Source: Acidobacteriota bacterium | GTDB lineage: Bacteria; Acidobacteriota; CAIWXX01 | Length of the DNA: 64,000 nucleotides | Assembly (NCBI GenBank): GCA_040755995.1 | Contig: JBFMAF010000010.1 | Coordinates: 353,837-417,836, forward strand | Reading direction: 5' to 3' | In this document: piece after piece, positions 9,865 through 21,385 of the stretch | How the letters are laid out: every line of letters begins with the position of its first letter | Position numbering within the stretch: the first letter of the stretch is position 1 | Position numbers and translations under genes: made by a program | Notes under the pieces: generated by a model | Database searches by the model: none | The model's input: only the letters and a program-made list of their open reading frames with translations | What the model was told of the DNA's origin: nothing

Positions 9865-12287
9865 CAGCGCTCGACCTCTTCCACCCCATCCCCCGCATCG
9901 AGGTATCCCAGCGCCTGCAGGTTCCGTCGCGTCTCCGCGTCGAGGGTGGCGGCGGCGGGAGCCGCGGCGACGGCGGCGAGGGCCTCCTGATCACGCATCC
10001 ATGCGCGCAGCTGTTGTTGGAGGAACCCGGCCAGAACAGGGCGCTCCGAGGCCAGGTTTCTCCTCTCGAGCCGATCGGTCCACAGATCGTACAGCTCCTG
10101 ATCCCCGGTCCTGGGCCTGTATGCATACTCCCAGCGCCCGCTGCGAACGCCGAAGCGCGCCGAGCCTGGCAGAGTGCGTGTGAACACGAATTCGGCGCCC
10201 GGATCCGGTTCCCCCGCGAGCACCGGGAGAAGGCTTCTTCCGGCTGCACGTTTCTTGAGCTCTTCGTTCCCAAAGACATCGGCGAACGTGGCAGGCAGAT
10301 CGATCGTTTGGGTCAGGCCCTGGATCTTCCGCGGCTGCGGCACCCCGATGCCCGCTGGGAACTGCATGATCAGCGGTATGTGAGCCATGTTCTCGTGCAC
10401 TCGCGTGTTGTGCCCGAAGTAGCCGTGTTCCCACAAGGCCTCGCCGTGGTCCGCCAGAATGATCAGAATGGTTTTGTCGAGGATCCCCCTGCGCTTCAGA
10501 TCATCGTACAACGTCCCGACGACGCCATCGGCGTAGTTGAGGGTCGCGTCGTAGACCGAGACGATGTGCTCGAGAGCTCCCTGATCCATCTCCACGCGTC
10601 CCAAATTGATCTTGTCCCGATCCGCCTGAGGATCGATCTTGCCCTTGTAGCCGGTGGCGAACTTCGCGAGGTACTCCCTCGGCGGATCCGAGATCCAGTG
10701 CGGTTCTCGAAAATGAATGTACGCAAAGAAGCGTCTTTCCTTGTTCTTCTCGAACCACGGAATCAGATGCGGCAGGAAGTCCCCCGCGAGGTTGCGGTAG
10801 CCCGGCATGCGAAACATCTCGACGTAGTCGGCGAATCCCTGTCTGTACCCCGCGTTCTCCCCGGCGTGCGGATTGCCGATGAACCCGCCCGTACGGAATC
10901 CGCCGGCCGTGAACGTCTCCGCGATCGTGAGCGCCGTATCAGGCAGCCCGTCCCGCGCGAAAAGCACCCGGTGAAGATCGGGATACTCGCCGGTCATGAG
11001 TGAGCCGGTCGAGGCGCGCGTGTAGACCGCCTGGCAGTATGCGTTCATGAACTGCACCCCTTCGGCGGCGATACGATCGAGGTTCGGTGTCGTCGGGAGA
11101 TGATAGCCGTAGCAGCCCAGGTGCGACGCGGAAGCAGCGTCCAGAAGGATGATCGCGACGCTCGACGATCTCAGCCTGCTGCGCAACTCGCCTATCGCAG
11201 GGCTCTCCGCCTGCTGCGCAAGCACCGGCTGCTTCTTCCCCCAGACGTAGCTCCGGTGATAGATCTTCGGTTCCACCCAGATCCCGTATGTCGGATAGGC
11301 CACCTTTTCGTAACCGGCCTTGACACTCAAGGTGAACGCGGCAATCTGCCCGGCCCACTTCTCCAGGTCGACACTCTTCCGGATCAGCTTGCGGTGGCTT
11401 CTGCGTTTGCGAGGGTCCAGATACTGGCTGTAGAGGACCTGCGGATCCTGCCCGTCGATTGTCATCGTGACGCGAAATTCGCCGCCTTCGATTGCTTTCC
11501 AGTCCTCCGGCGCGAAACCGCATTGGAATGTTAGCTCTGCGCGGTCCGGGATCCTGAGGAAGAACGCCCTCTCCCCAGGCAGCCTCTGCACGATGACCTC
11601 GTGCCCCTGTTGCCGAAGCTCGGCGACATACAGCGGCTCGGTGCCGCGCGATGCCATCTTCATCACGCGTTCCTGCAAGTTGTATGGAGCGAACAGGACC
11701 GAGTCGAAACACACCGAGAGCCGGCGCACGTCGGAGGGTTGTGGACCCCCCGGGAGCGACGGCGCGTTAGGATCCGCGCCGGGGTTCGGCCCCAGGGCCT
11801 GCGCTTCCCCAGGACGATCCGCGTAGGCGAAGCTGAACCCGAGTGCGTTCCGGCCGATCTTCAAGACACGCGAGGGGATGAAGATGCGATAGTCGCCGAA
11901 CTCGCTGCCCATCTGCAACGGTTTGCCCAACGGCTGCTCGTTGACGTCGAACTGGATGGTCTGGGCCTGCGGTCCCTTTACAGGGCGGCAGTTCACAACG
12001 GCCTCCAGATCCTGCACCTCCGTGACGCCGAATGTCATCTCCGCCCGCGTCTCGGTCCCCCACACGAACGTCCGCCCGTAGTTGTCCTTCTCGTCGTCCG
12101 TCCACCAGCCCTTCGTCAAATACGGCCTGCCTGCGGTCGTGCCGATGTCCACATACAGCGTATCCTCCCGCTGCAGCGCCACGGGCTCCATCTTGGCGAA
12201 GTCGTACAGGGTCTGATCTTCGTACAAGGTGCAGCCGGAGAGAACGGCGAGCGAGAGCGCCACCGCACTGAATGCGAGAGCTCTCAT
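9864..12287 (-). CDS. Sulfatase-like (alkaline phosphatase superfamily) lipoprotein with N-terminal extension
   Basis: Lipobox LSGC; IILLDA, ADHGE, HIPLI, ELYDL, LQALGYL; TGATG overlap with pccB start. Confidence 0.82.
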   Translation of the reverse strand: MRALAFSAVALSLAVLSGCTLYEDQTLYDFAKMEPVALQREDTLYVDIGTTAGRPYLTKGWWTDDEKDNYGRTFVWGTETRAEMTFGVTEVQDLEAVVNCRPVKGPQAQTIQFDVNEQPLGKPLQMGSEFGDYRIFIPSRVLKIGRNALGFSFAYADRPGEAQALGPNPGADPNAPSLPGGPQPSDVRRLSVCFDSVLFAPYNLQERVMKMASRGTEPLYVAELRQQGHEVIVQRLPGERAFFLRIPDRAELTFQCGFAPEDWKAIEGGEFRVTMTIDGQDPQVLYSQYLDPRKRRSHRKLIRKSVDLEKWAGQIAAFTLSVKAGYEKVAYPTYGIWVEPKIYHRSYVWGKKQPVLAQQAESPAIGELRSRLRSSSVAIILLDAASASHLGCYGYHLPTTPNLDRIAAEGVQFMNAYCQAVYTRASTGSLMTGEYPDLHRVLFARDGLPDTALTIAETFTAGGFRTGGFIGNPHAGENAGYRQGFADYVEMFRMPGYRNLAGDFLPHLIPWFEKNKERRFFAYIHFREPHWISDPPREYLAKFATGYKGKIDPQADRDKINLGRVEMDQGALEHIVSVYDATLNYADGVVGTLYDDLKRRGILDKTILIILADHGEALWEHGYFGHNTRVHENMAHIPLIMQFPAGIGVPQPRKIQGLTQTIDLPATFADVFGNEELKKRAAGRSLLPVLAGEPDPGAEFVFTRTLPGSARFGVRSGRWEYAYRPRTGDQELYDLWTDRLERRNLASERPVLAGFLQQQLRAWMRDQEALAAVAAAPAAATLDAETRRNLQALGYLDAGDGVEEVER

Positions 12288-12311
12288 GGGGGATCGGGTT
12301 CTTTCCCGTGC

Positions 12312-12974
12312 CTAGAGTTTGATCTTCGTATCGCCGTAAGCCTTCTTATAGTCCGACAGGAACCGCTCGATGCCGATCGTGGTGAGAGGGTGATCCAGAA
12401 GGCTCATGATGACCTTATACGGAATCGTCGCCGCATCCGCGCCGACCATGGCAGCCTGCAGAACATGCATGGGGTGGCGCAGAGAGGCCGCCAGAATCTG
12501 CGTGGAGAAGTCGTAGTTGTTGTAGATCGTGCGGATCTCCTCGACGAGCTTCATGCCGTCGGTGGATATGTCGTCGAGCCGCCCGATGAACGGGCTCACG
12601 TATGTGGCTCCAGCCTTGGCAGCCAGCAGCGCCTGGGTAGCGGAGAATGTGAGGGTGACATTGGTCTTGATTCCGCTCTCGAAGAGGGCCTTCACCGCCT
12701 TGAGCCCTTCGTGGCCTATGGGTACCTTGACCACGATGTTGTCGGCGAGCGCCGCCAGCTCATGGGCTTCCGCTATCATCTCGCGCGATTCGACCGCGAG
12801 CACCTCGGCGCTCACCGGCCCCCGCACGATGCGGCATATCTCCTTGAGCAGCGCGATCGGCTCGGTGCCTTCCTTGGCAAGCAGCGACGGATTGGTCGTC
12901 ACCCCATCCAGCACGCCCAGGCTCTCGGCTTCACGGATCTCCTTGAGATTGGCGGTATCGATGAAGATCTTCAC
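12312..12974 (-). CDS. tal: Transaldolase / fructose-6-phosphate aldolase (short type)
   Basis: GTG start, [31 protein letters not shown]; start overlaps upstream stop. Confidence 0.9.
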   Translation of the reverse strand: MKIFIDTANLKEIREAESLGVLDGVTTNPSLLAKEGTEPIALLKEICRIVRGPVSAEVLAVESREMIAEAHELAALADNIVVKVPIGHEGLKAVKALFESGIKTNVTLTFSATQALLAAKAGATYVSPFIGRLDDISTDGMKLVEEIRTIYNNYDFSTQILAASLRHPMHVLQAAMVGADAATIPYKVIMSLLDHPLTTIGIERFLSDYKKAYGDTKIKL

Positions 12975-13762
12975 TGTCCTACCTCCCTTACTTTCATCAC
13001 AGTGTTGGCAAGCGTCCCGATCCCCTGGATCGTTATCTCGACGCGGTCTCCCGGAGACATTGGCCCTATGCCGCTCGGCGTGCCCGTCGCGATCACATCG
13101 CCCGGGTAGAGCGTCATGACGTGCGAGATGAACCGCAGCAGGTAGTCTACCGGAAAGATGAGGTTCCTCGTGTTGGATGACTGGCGGACCTTCCCGTTGA
13201 GCCGAGTCTCGATCGTGAGAGCGCGCGGGTCGAGGCCAACGGCCACACACGGGCCGATTGCTGCGAACGTGTCGAATCCCTTGGCACGCGTGAACTGGAC
13301 GTCGCGGTCCTGCAGATCGCGCGCGGTAACGTCGTTGAAACACGTGTAGCCGAGCACGTAGCCTGCGATCGAGTCGCTGTCGGTCAGGTGACGCGCCATC
13401 TTGCCGATCACCACACCGAGCTCGCCCTCGTAGTCCACTCGCTTGCTCATCCGTGGATACGCGATGTCGTCGCCATGGCCGATCACCGCCGAAGGCGGCT
13501 TGAGGAACAACAGAGGCTCGGTCGGGAGCGGCTTGCCGCGCTCGATCGCATGCTCCCGGTAGTTGAGTCCCACAGCAATGATCTTGCTTGGGGAGCAGGG
13601 CGCCAGAAGCCGCAGATCTGAAATCGCGAGCATCTCGCCCGTTCCCTCAATCGGATCGAAGAGGCCCCCTTTGAGCAGCTCGATCTGTCCGTCCGTCACG
13701 CAAGTGCGCTCGATCCCGTGCGCTATGCTGCCGCCGTGCTCGAAGCGGTATAGCCTGATCAT
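12971..13762 (-). CDS. Fumarylacetoacetate hydrolase family protein
   Basis: [38 protein letters not shown]. Confidence 0.92.
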   Translation of the reverse strand: MIRLYRFEHGGSIAHGIERTCVTDGQIELLKGGLFDPIEGTGEMLAISDLRLLAPCSPSKIIAVGLNYREHAIERGKPLPTEPLLFLKPPSAVIGHGDDIAYPRMSKRVDYEGELGVVIGKMARHLTDSDSIAGYVLGYTCFNDVTARDLQDRDVQFTRAKGFDTFAAIGPCVAVGLDPRALTIETRLNGKVRQSSNTRNLIFPVDYLLRFISHVMTLYPGDVIATGTPSGIGPMSPGDRVEITIQGIGTLANTVMKVREVGQ

Positions 13763-14976
13763 GGCATGTACTCCTTCGCCTCGTTCGAGTGCCCGCTCTC
13801 GTTGGGCGGCGTCGACTTGTCGACGGCGGTCACGACGTAATAGTACGTCTTCTTGGACTGTACGGTGGTGTCGAGGAATGTATTCTTCACGAGCCCCTCA
13901 GGCGAGATCAGTTCGAACTCGTCGCTGCTGCCCATGCGACGGTACACTCGGTAGCCGCCGAGGTCCTTCTCCTGGTTGGCGCTCCAGAGTAGGTTGACAC
14001 CGCTCTTGGATGCCACCGCCACGACGTTCTGCGGCGGAGTCGGAGCGAACGTATCCTTCGGTTCCACCGTGATCTCGTCGCTTCGAGCCGTCTCCTGGTA
14101 AGGGCGATTGGCGGAGTTTACACCCTTGACAATGTACGTGTATTTCGAGCCGTAGGCGGCGCCGGCGTCTACGTACGGCGAGGTAGGAAATGGCACGCCG
14201 TTGATCGGATCGGCAGGGTAGTACTTCTCTTCGGCAAGCTTGCGGTAGATATTGTATCCCACGATCGCGGGCGGTGTGGTGCCATCGATGTTGGTCGACG
14301 GCGCGGTCCAGGCGACGACCACACCGGTCTCCTGCACGAGTGACTTCAGATCCTTCGGCGCGTCCGCAAGGCGGATCATGTCGACGGTCACCCGATTGCT
14401 GAAGCCAGGGCCTCGATCTTTCTTGCCGAACGGTTGCACCGCATACGTGAACCGCTTGGTGAGCCCCCGCGGCGGCTGGAAGTTGGCGAGATCGTCAACA
14501 TAGACCACGTAGTTGCCCTGCGTGAACTCGGAGAGCTTCTCGGCGGGGATGGAGTAGATGGACCCCGCACGGCTCGCAAAATCCTCCACGGTCACCTCAA
14601 CGGGCGCCGCGCTCGCGCGCTCCGCGCGTGGAGCGGCCGGCTGGGTCTGCCCCGGCTGGCTCTGCGCCGCAGGCTGGCTCTGCGGTACCGGCGGCGGCTG
14701 GTCCTCCGTGAGCCTGTAGATCTCGATGCGGTTGAGGTCGGTCAGCGGCGTGCCGTCGTTGTTGGCGGTCGGCGCGCTGAAATACAGGACGAACTTGGTC
14801 CCCTCCTGCCGTACCACCAGGTCGCGCACCAGGGCCGGATAGATGACGAGCGGCGGCAGCGGAGCCGCCTTCTTGCCGCAATCTGCCAGGAATAGAAGGC
14901 ACAATGCGAAAGGGAAAAGGGAAAAGGGAAAGCGGAAAGCGGAAAGGCGACGCGAAGAGGCTCCGCGGTTCTTCAC
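13759..14976 (-). CDS. Fibronectin type III domain lipoprotein
   Basis: Signal peptide ending C-GKK, GYNIYR, GYRVYR, YYYVVTAVD..NES; GTG start at 14976 inferred (ORF track extends to 15111 through repeats). Confidence 0.75.
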   Translation of the reverse strand: MKNRGASSRRLSAFRFPFSLFPFALCLLFLADCGKKAAPLPPLVIYPALVRDLVVRQEGTKFVLYFSAPTANNDGTPLTDLNRIEIYRLTEDQPPPVPQSQPAAQSQPGQTQPAAPRAERASAAPVEVTVEDFASRAGSIYSIPAEKLSEFTQGNYVVYVDDLANFQPPRGLTKRFTYAVQPFGKKDRGPGFSNRVTVDMIRLADAPKDLKSLVQETGVVVAWTAPSTNIDGTTPPAIVGYNIYRKLAEEKYYPADPINGVPFPTSPYVDAGAAYGSKYTYIVKGVNSANRPYQETARSDEITVEPKDTFAPTPPQNVVAVASKSGVNLLWSANQEKDLGGYRVYRRMGSSDEFELISPEGLVKNTFLDTTVQSKKTYYYVVTAVDKSTPPNESGHSNEAKEYMP

Positions 14977-15185
14977 GCATGCAAGTTTCAGCCTGACTAA
15001 CGAACGCTCCTCCGCCCTTTCCCCTTCATCCTCCGTTGGTCTCATTGGCAACCCCTCCATCCCGCTCGTCCCCTTACCCTTGTCCCTTTCCCGTTTTCCC
15101 TCTTCTCTCACCCTGATTGCCGATTGGTCCTCCGTCCGCGCCTCCCTGATCCCTTTCTCCTTGTACCTTTGCCCTTGTCCCTTTT
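14908..15185. repeat. Opposed tracts of imperfect heptamer repeats (purine GGGAAAA/GCGGAAA, then pyrimidine CCCTTGT/CCCTTTC)
   Basis: gaaagggaaaagggaaaagggaaagcggaaagcggaaagg near 14908-14947; ccttacccttgtccctttcccgttttccc near 15072-15100; ccttgtacctttgcccttgtccc near 15159-15181. Confidence 0.7.
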
Positions 15186-15187
15186 TC

Positions 15188-16618
15188 TCACAGGATGAAG
15201 CGGCTGAGGTCCTGGTCTTGAACGATGCTGTCCAGCATCCTGCGCACGTAGGCCTTGTCTATGTCAACCTTCTTCTCAGGAAGATCGCTGCCCTCGAAGG
15301 AGACTTCGTCCAGCAGCCTTTCCATCACGGTCTGCAGCCTCCTGGCGCCGATGTTCTCCGTCGTCTCGTTGACGCGAAACGCGATCTCAGCGATCTCCTC
15401 CAGCGCATCCGGCGTGAATTCGATGGAGACGTCCTCGGTAGACATCAGTGCCTGGTACTGCCGGGTCAGTGCGTTCTGCGGTTCGGTGAGGATTCGAACG
15501 AAGTCGTCCTTGGTGAGCGAGTCCAGTTCGACACGGATCGGAAATCGCCCCTGCAGCTCAGGGATGAGGTCCGAAGGCTTGCTCACATGGAACGCCCCAG
15601 CCGCGATGAAGAGAACGTGATCGGTGCGGACGATCCCGTACTTCGTGTTGACCGATGTCCCTTCGATGATCGGGAGCAGGTCTCGCTGGACTCCTTCGCG
15701 GCTGACGTCGGGCCCGCGGCCCGACTCGCGCCCCGCGATCTTGTCGATTTCGTCGACGAAGATGATGCCTGACTGCTCGGCGCGTTCGATCGCTGTGCGC
15801 GCCAGCTGTTCGTTGTCGATCAGCCTCTGCTCCTCTTCGTGCGTCAGATGCGCCAGCGCCTCCCTCACCTTCATCCTTCGGCGCTTCGTCTTCCCTGCGA
15901 ACAGGGTCGGGATCATGTCCTGAAGATTGCTGACCATCTCCTCGACACCGCTCCCGCTGTACACCTCGAAGTGGAACGGTGAGCCTTTCTCCCGCGTCTC
16001 CACCTCGACCGCCCGGTCATCCAACTTGCCGTCGCGCAGGAGCATCCGAAGGCGCTCCCTGGTCTCCCTGAACTTGAGCTGCTCGTCTGCCGGGCTTTCA
16101 GACGGCATAGGGCCGGTGGCATCGCGGGGGGTGGGTGCCTTGAGCGGAGGGAGCAGAAGATCGAGCAGCCGGTCCTCGGCGTTCTGAATCGCCTTGCCGC
16201 GCACCTCGGCGAGTTTCTCCGACCGAACCATCTCCACCGAGATCTCCACCAGGTCGCGCACCATGCTGTCGACGTCGCGGCCCACGTACCCGACCTCCGT
16301 GAACTTCGACGCCTCTACCTTCAGAAACGGCGAGGACGCCAGCCGGGCAAGGCGACGCGCGATCTCGGTTTTGCCCACCCCCGTCGGCCCTATCATGAGC
16401 ATGTTCTTGGGCGGAATCTCATCGGCTACCTCGGGCGGCAGCTTCTGCCGCCGGATCCGATTGCGCAAGGCGACGGCCACTGCTCGCTTGGCCTTCGCCT
16501 GCCCGACGATGTACCGGTCAAGCTCCTGCACCACCCGCTTCGGCGTCAGCTCACCCCCGCGAGGCTCCGGAGGCCCGACGACCTCCTGCCGGTCACCCGA
16601 GGTCATGTAGTAGACCAT
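15188..16618 (-). CDS. hslU: ATP-dependent protease ATPase subunit HslU
   Basis: [60 protein letters not shown]. Confidence 0.97.
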   Translation of the reverse strand: MVYYMTSGDRQEVVGPPEPRGGELTPKRVVQELDRYIVGQAKAKRAVAVALRNRIRRQKLPPEVADEIPPKNMLMIGPTGVGKTEIARRLARLASSPFLKVEASKFTEVGYVGRDVDSMVRDLVEISVEMVRSEKLAEVRGKAIQNAEDRLLDLLLPPLKAPTPRDATGPMPSESPADEQLKFRETRERLRMLLRDGKLDDRAVEVETREKGSPFHFEVYSGSGVEEMVSNLQDMIPTLFAGKTKRRRMKVREALAHLTHEEEQRLIDNEQLARTAIERAEQSGIIFVDEIDKIAGRESGRGPDVSREGVQRDLLPIIEGTSVNTKYGIVRTDHVLFIAAGAFHVSKPSDLIPELQGRFPIRVELDSLTKDDFVRILTEPQNALTRQYQALMSTEDVSIEFTPDALEEIAEIAFRVNETTENIGARRLQTVMERLLDEVSFEGSDLPEKKVDIDKAYVRRMLDSIVQDQDLSRFIL

Positions 16619-16775
16619 AGCCGTGCCGCCTATCGACGCACTCGACAAGGAGCATTGGAAGCCGAACCCAGCCGGTTCTCCGAGTTCCGGTGTCTGCGCG
16701 TCCCCGCGTCTTCTCAATCACCACACCACCGCGTCCTATGCATGCCCGAGAGCCCGCAACAAGTCCATTGTGAGG

Positions 16776-17312
16776 TTAGAGTTCTTCGACGACGATTTGG
16801 TTGTTGGTGTAAATGCAGATGTCGGAAGCGATGCGAAGGGCCTCTAAGGCGATCTCGCGCGCGGTGAGCTGCGAGTGCTGGACCAGGGCTCTGGCTGCCG
16901 CCAGAGCGATCGGGCCCCCCGAGCCGATCGCCAGGACCTCGTCGTCGGGCTCGATCAGATCGCCGTTGCCGGAGAGCAGGAAGGAGTTCTTGTCGTCGAC
17001 GACGATGAGCAGTGCCTCGAGCCTGCGCAGGGCCTTGTCCATTCGCCAGTCTTTGGCCAGTTCCACCACAGCGCGCCCCAGGTTGCCTCGGAACTCCTCG
17101 AGCTTCGCCTCGAACCGCGCGAAAAGGGCGAACGAATCGCTGGCGGATCCGGCGAAGCCGGCGAGTATCTTGTTCTGATAGAGGCGGCGTATTTTGCGCG
17201 CCTTGTGCTTGACGACGGTCTGTCCGAGTGTCACCTGGCCGTCGCCGGCCATCGCGACGCGCCCGCCGTGGCGGACGCAGACAATCGTGGTTGAATGTAC
17301 TCTCTCACTCAT
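16776..17312 (-). CDS. hslV: ATP-dependent protease peptidase subunit HslV
   Basis: [33 protein letters not shown]. Confidence 0.97.
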   Translation of the reverse strand: MSERVHSTTIVCVRHGGRVAMAGDGQVTLGQTVVKHKARKIRRLYQNKILAGFAGSASDSFALFARFEAKLEEFRGNLGRAVVELAKDWRMDKALRRLEALLIVVDDKNSFLLSGNGDLIEPDDEVLAIGSGGPIALAAARALVQHSQLTAREIALEALRIASDICIYTNNQIVVEEL

Positions 17313-17397
17313 CGCAGTGCTCGCGAACCAATCGATTCTATGGTCCGTGCCCTGGCAAGTCAAACCGCCGGCGCCCAGAGAACCTGGACTCGAGATC

Positions 17398-19965
17398 TCA
17401 CTGTGCCCAGTAGATGAATCCGGGCTGGAAGGGGGTGACGAGGTCCCGGTGGTTGGGGAGCACGCGCAGGGAGTAGCCGCGCTGGCCCGTAGTGTCGAGC
17501 GGGATCTCGCCGGCGAACTCGTAGATGCCCAGCTTGCTGTCCGGGTCGGTGGGTGCCATGAGCGTGGCCTTCCCGCTGCAAATGCGGCCGTCTTCGTCGA
17601 GTCTCCCCTCGTAGATCTCGATGCGGACGTCCCTGGGACTGATCTCGCCCAGGAACACCTTGGCGGTCACGCGCAGTCGCGTTCCGATCGGAGCTTCCAC
17701 GGGGCGGTCGCCATCGACCTCGATGACCTTGATGGCGTGCCAGTGCCGGCTGAGGATCGAGCGCCACTTCGCAAGCTCCCGGGCCCGGCGCAGGCCGTCG
17801 GCTGTGAGCTGTAGCTGCTCGGTGGAGGCCGGTGCGTAGAAAACGCTGCAGTAATCCTGAACCATCCTATGTGAGTTGAACACGGGCACGAGGGTCCGCA
17901 GCGACGTGCGCATCATGGCGGTCCAGCCCCTCGGTACGCCGTCCTTGCCGCGATCGTAGAACAGCGGCACCACCTCTTTTTCGAGCAGGTCGTAGATGAC
18001 GTTGCCCTCGATGTCGTCCTGCAGCTCGTCGTCCGAGTATTTCTCGGCGTTTCCTATGGACCACCCCGCGCCCTCTCGCGCAGCCTCGTCCCACCACCCG
18101 TCGCGCGTGCTCATGTTGAGGCCGCAGTTCATCGCGGCTTTCATGCCGCTGGTGCCGCAGGCCTCGAGCGGGCGGCGCGGTGTGTTGAGCCAGACGTCGC
18201 AGCCCTGCACCATGTAGTGGGCCACGGCCTCGTCGTAGTCCTCGACGAACACCAGCCGCCTGCGCAGATTCCGCTCTCTGGTGATCTTGATGAGCTTTCG
18301 GATGAGCTCCTTGCCCGGAGTATCCTTCGGGTGGGCCTTGCCGGCCACGATGACCTGGACCGGAAATTCGCGATTGTCCAGAATCGCTTGCAGGCGCTCG
18401 GGGTCTCGGAACAACAGCGCGCCGCGCTTGTAGGTGGCGAAGCGGCGGGCGAAACCGATGGTGAGGGCGTGCGGATCGAGCACCTCCATCGCCTCATTCA
18501 CCTCGTAGTTCGGCGCGGCTCGGGCCATGAGCTGCACTCGCAGCCGCCTGCGCGCGAAGGCGACAAGCCGTTCGCGCCGCCGCTCGTGCGTGCGCCAGAT
18601 CTCTTCGTGCGGGATCTCGTCGACCCTGGACCACACCGCCGAATCCGACGGCTGTTCGCTCCAGTGCGGCCCGAGGTAGTTGTCGTAGAGCCCGTTCATG
18701 TCATGGGAGATCCAACTGGCCGGATGCACGCCGTTTGTGACGGCCCGGATGGGCACTTCATCGACTGGAACGCCCGGCCAGAGCTCTCTCCACATCTCAC
18801 GCGAGACGGAGGCGTGGAGTTTGCTCACTCCGTTGTGCCGCGTACTGAAGCGCAGGGCCAGGACGGCCATGTTCAGCGGTGCCGGGATCTCCTGAGCCTT
18901 GGGCCTGCGCCCCAGCTCCATGAGCTCCGCGACGCCGAGCCCGAAGGACCTGCAGTAGGGACCGAGGTATTTCTCGATCATTCCTGCGTCGAACATGTCT
19001 ATGCCGGCCGGCACCGGGGTGTGGGTGGTGAAGACGGAGCCGGCAGAGGCTGCTTCGCGCGCCTCCGCAAACGAAGCGCCGGTGGATGCCATGTTCATTC
19101 GTGTCCATTCCAGGCCGAGGAAGGCCGCATGGCCTTCGTTCATGTGGCACACGGTGGGGTTCTTGCCGACGGCCGACAGAGCGCGCATGCCGCCGATGCC
19201 CAGCACGATCTCCTGTTGGATGCGCGTCTGGGCGTCGCCGCCGTAGAGCTCGTCGGTGATGTCGCGGTGGGCCGGCTCGTTCGGGGGAATGTTGGTATCG
19301 AGAAGCAGGAGAGGCACTCGGCCGACCTGGGCCTTCCATACGCGCGCGTAGACACGCTTTTCCCCGATCAGCACGTCCACCTTGAGCGGGTTCCCGTCCG
19401 CATCCCGCTCGACCTTGACCGGCATTCTGGAGAAGTCGTTGACCGGGTACATCTCCTGTTGCCATCCCTCGTTATTGAGGTACTGTCTGAAGTAGCCCTT
19501 CTGATAGAGCAGGCCGACAGCGACCAGCGGCAGGCCGAGGTCGCTGGCCGATTTCAGGTGATCGCCGGCCAGGACGCCGAGGCCGCCGGAGTAGATCGGC
19601 AGGCCCTCGCTCAGGCCAAACTCCGCCGAGAAATACGCGACCAGCATGTCCTGCGGCCTGTCGGGGAGATTCGAGAACCAGGTGTCCTTGGCAGCCATGT
19701 AGCTGCTGAAGTTCTCCCAGACCCGGTCCAGGTTCGCGAGGAAGCCGCGGTCTTTGGCGGCCGCGTCGAGCTTCGCCTGCGAGATGGTCGCGAGCAGCCT
19801 GACGGGATTCCGCCCGCTCTCATTCCAGACGACGTTGTCGAGCCTGCGAAAAAGCTCGATGGTCGGGTAGTGCCAGCTCCAGCGCATGTTGTATGCAAGC
19901 TCGCTCAGGCAAGCCAACGGCTCAGGCAATCGCGGGACCACGCTGTAAACGCGAATCGGATTCAC
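17398..19965 (-). CDS. glgP: Alpha-glucan phosphorylase
   Basis: [49 protein letters not shown] start after GGAGGAG. Confidence 0.96.
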   Translation of the reverse strand: MNPIRVYSVVPRLPEPLACLSELAYNMRWSWHYPTIELFRRLDNVVWNESGRNPVRLLATISQAKLDAAAKDRGFLANLDRVWENFSSYMAAKDTWFSNLPDRPQDMLVAYFSAEFGLSEGLPIYSGGLGVLAGDHLKSASDLGLPLVAVGLLYQKGYFRQYLNNEGWQQEMYPVNDFSRMPVKVERDADGNPLKVDVLIGEKRVYARVWKAQVGRVPLLLLDTNIPPNEPAHRDITDELYGGDAQTRIQQEIVLGIGGMRALSAVGKNPTVCHMNEGHAAFLGLEWTRMNMASTGASFAEAREAASAGSVFTTHTPVPAGIDMFDAGMIEKYLGPYCRSFGLGVAELMELGRRPKAQEIPAPLNMAVLALRFSTRHNGVSKLHASVSREMWRELWPGVPVDEVPIRAVTNGVHPASWISHDMNGLYDNYLGPHWSEQPSDSAVWSRVDEIPHEEIWRTHERRRERLVAFARRRLRVQLMARAAPNYEVNEAMEVLDPHALTIGFARRFATYKRGALLFRDPERLQAILDNREFPVQVIVAGKAHPKDTPGKELIRKLIKITRERNLRRRLVFVEDYDEAVAHYMVQGCDVWLNTPRRPLEACGTSGMKAAMNCGLNMSTRDGWWDEAAREGAGWSIGNAEKYSDDELQDDIEGNVIYDLLEKEVVPLFYDRGKDGVPRGWTAMMRTSLRTLVPVFNSHRMVQDYCSVFYAPASTEQLQLTADGLRRARELAKWRSILSRHWHAIKVIEVDGDRPVEAPIGTRLRVTAKVFLGEISPRDVRIEIYEGRLDEDGRICSGKATLMAPTDPDSKLGIYEFAGEIPLDTTGQRGYSLRVLPNHRDLVTPFQPGFIYWAQ

Positions 19966-19995
19966 TTGCTCCTCCTCCACACGAGACAACCCACC

Positions 19996-20004
19996 ATTCT
20001 AACA
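19996..20004 (-). promoter_or_regulatory. Extended -10 promoter element for glgP
   Basis: TGtTAGAAT on minus strand ~30 nt upstream of glgP start. Confidence 0.5.
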
Positions 20005-20156
20005 TATCCCCGCCAAATCGAAAGTTGACAGTTGTCGGTTGATAGTTGTCAGTGAATGGGCGGAAAATCACAGTTCGTGGCCCGTCTCCCGTCTGTCAAC
20101 TGGCATCTGACCAGAGCGCCTTGCATCGCAGCCTGATCCTCGTTCAGAATAGGCGC

Positions 20157-20678
20157 ATGGGCTGGATGACGCTGGTTCTGTTGTGGGCGGGTAGCGCCGG
20201 CCAGCTGGTGCTGGACCGCGAGTACCTGCCCAAAGCCGCCGAGCTGATCGGGGCGGCGCGCAAGAGCGTCGTCGTCTGCATGTTCATGTGGACGGAGGGC
20301 GAAGGAGTCGGGGAGATCGAGCGATGCCTTGGAGCCGCCGTGAAGCGCGGGGTGGCAGTGGAGGTCCTGCTCGAACAGTCCGACGATCGCAACGATGAGG
20401 TCACAGAGGGGAATCGGAAGGCTGCGTCGAGGCTCAGATCGCATGGGGTCCAGGTCGCATTCGACTGCCCCGACCGGCGCACTCACATCAAGGCGATCAT
20501 CGTGGACTCTCGTACAATCTTGCTGGGCAGCCACAATTTGACCTACTCGGCGTTACGCAACAACAACGAGGTCTCGGTGGCGATCGAGAGCCCCGAGATG
20601 GCCGTCAAACTCGAAAATCGCATCAGAGAACTGAGGGAGGACGTGTGTTCAAAGCAAGAGCAGTCGCGATCACGTTGA
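20157..20678 (+). CDS. Secreted phospholipase D-like (single HKD) protein
   Basis: HIKAIIVD HKD motif, GSHNLT..A...NNE; hydrophobic N-terminus; start approximate. Confidence 0.85.
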   Translation: MGWMTLVLLWAGSAGQLVLDREYLPKAAELIGAARKSVVVCMFMWTEGEGVGEIERCLGAAVKRGVAVEVLLEQSDDRNDEVTEGNRKAASRLRSHGVQVAFDCPDRRTHIKAIIVDSRTILLGSHNLTYSALRNNNEVSVAIESPEMAVKLENRIRELREDVCSKQEQSRSR

Positions 20679-21298
20679 CGTGTCTTCTGGCCGGTATCGG
20701 CTGCAGCAAGAAAAGTACCGACGAGGGCGCTCCGTCGACTCCCGCCGAGCCTCAGCAGGCGGCACCGCAGCAGCAGTCGCCGCAGCCCGGCAATCCGATG
20801 GAGGCGATTCAACAGATGGGCCAGGCTATGCAGCAGATGCAGCAGGGCGATATGAAGCCGGTCCCGCCGATCGACTTCCACAAGCTCAAGGATGCACTGC
20901 CGAACCTGGACGGCTGGACGCGAGAGGAACCGAAGGGGGAGTCGGCGACCTTCGGCCAGTGGAGCTACTCTGACGCGTCGACGACGTATACCAAAGGAGA
21001 GTCGAGGCTCGACTGCAAGATCTTCGACTACGCCCACATCCACGCAATGTATGCGCCGTTCATGCTGATGTTCGCCGGGAACTTCTCCCACGAAACCGAC
21101 GACGGCTACGAGAAATCAGTCACCGTCGGCGGAAACCCCGGCTTCGAGCGGTGGGAGAAGGGGAACAAGTCCGGCGAACTGACGCTGTGGATCGGCAAGC
21201 GGTTGATCGTGACTGTCGAGGGTGAGAAGATCCCCGATACGTCGGTATTGCAGGAGCTAGCCAAGGCCGTCGATTACAGCAAGATCGGCCCGCTGTAG
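20645..21298 (+). CDS. Hypothetical lipoprotein
   Basis: Lipobox GIGC, Gln/Pro-rich linker, good codon usage, GGAGG upstream of GTG. Confidence 0.75.
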   Translation: MFKARAVAITLTCLLAGIGCSKKSTDEGAPSTPAEPQQAAPQQQSPQPGNPMEAIQQMGQAMQQMQQGDMKPVPPIDFHKLKDALPNLDGWTREEPKGESATFGQWSYSDASTTYTKGESRLDCKIFDYAHIHAMYAPFMLMFAGNFSHETDDGYEKSVTVGGNPGFERWEKGNKSGELTLWIGKRLIVTVEGEKIPDTSVLQELAKAVDYSKIGPL

Positions 21299-21371
21299 GG
21301 GCGGCCCTTGTGGCCGCCCTGCTGCTAGACCAACGCAACATGCAACGTGCGGGCGGCCCCGGTGGCCGCCC
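21295..21371 (+). repeat. Two tandem REP-like palindromes, the first with a GTAG foot
   Basis: GTAG-GGGCGGCC-CTTGT-GGCCGCCC (21295-21319) and GGGCGGCC-CCGGT-GGCCGCCC (21351-21371). Confidence 0.75.
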
Positions 21372-21385
21372 TGGCGCGACGCAGA

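Noticed and set aside
12975..13343. N-terminal extension of transaldolase in the ORF track
   Set aside because: Overlaps the FAH gene; homology starts at the GTG at 12974, which has its own RBS.
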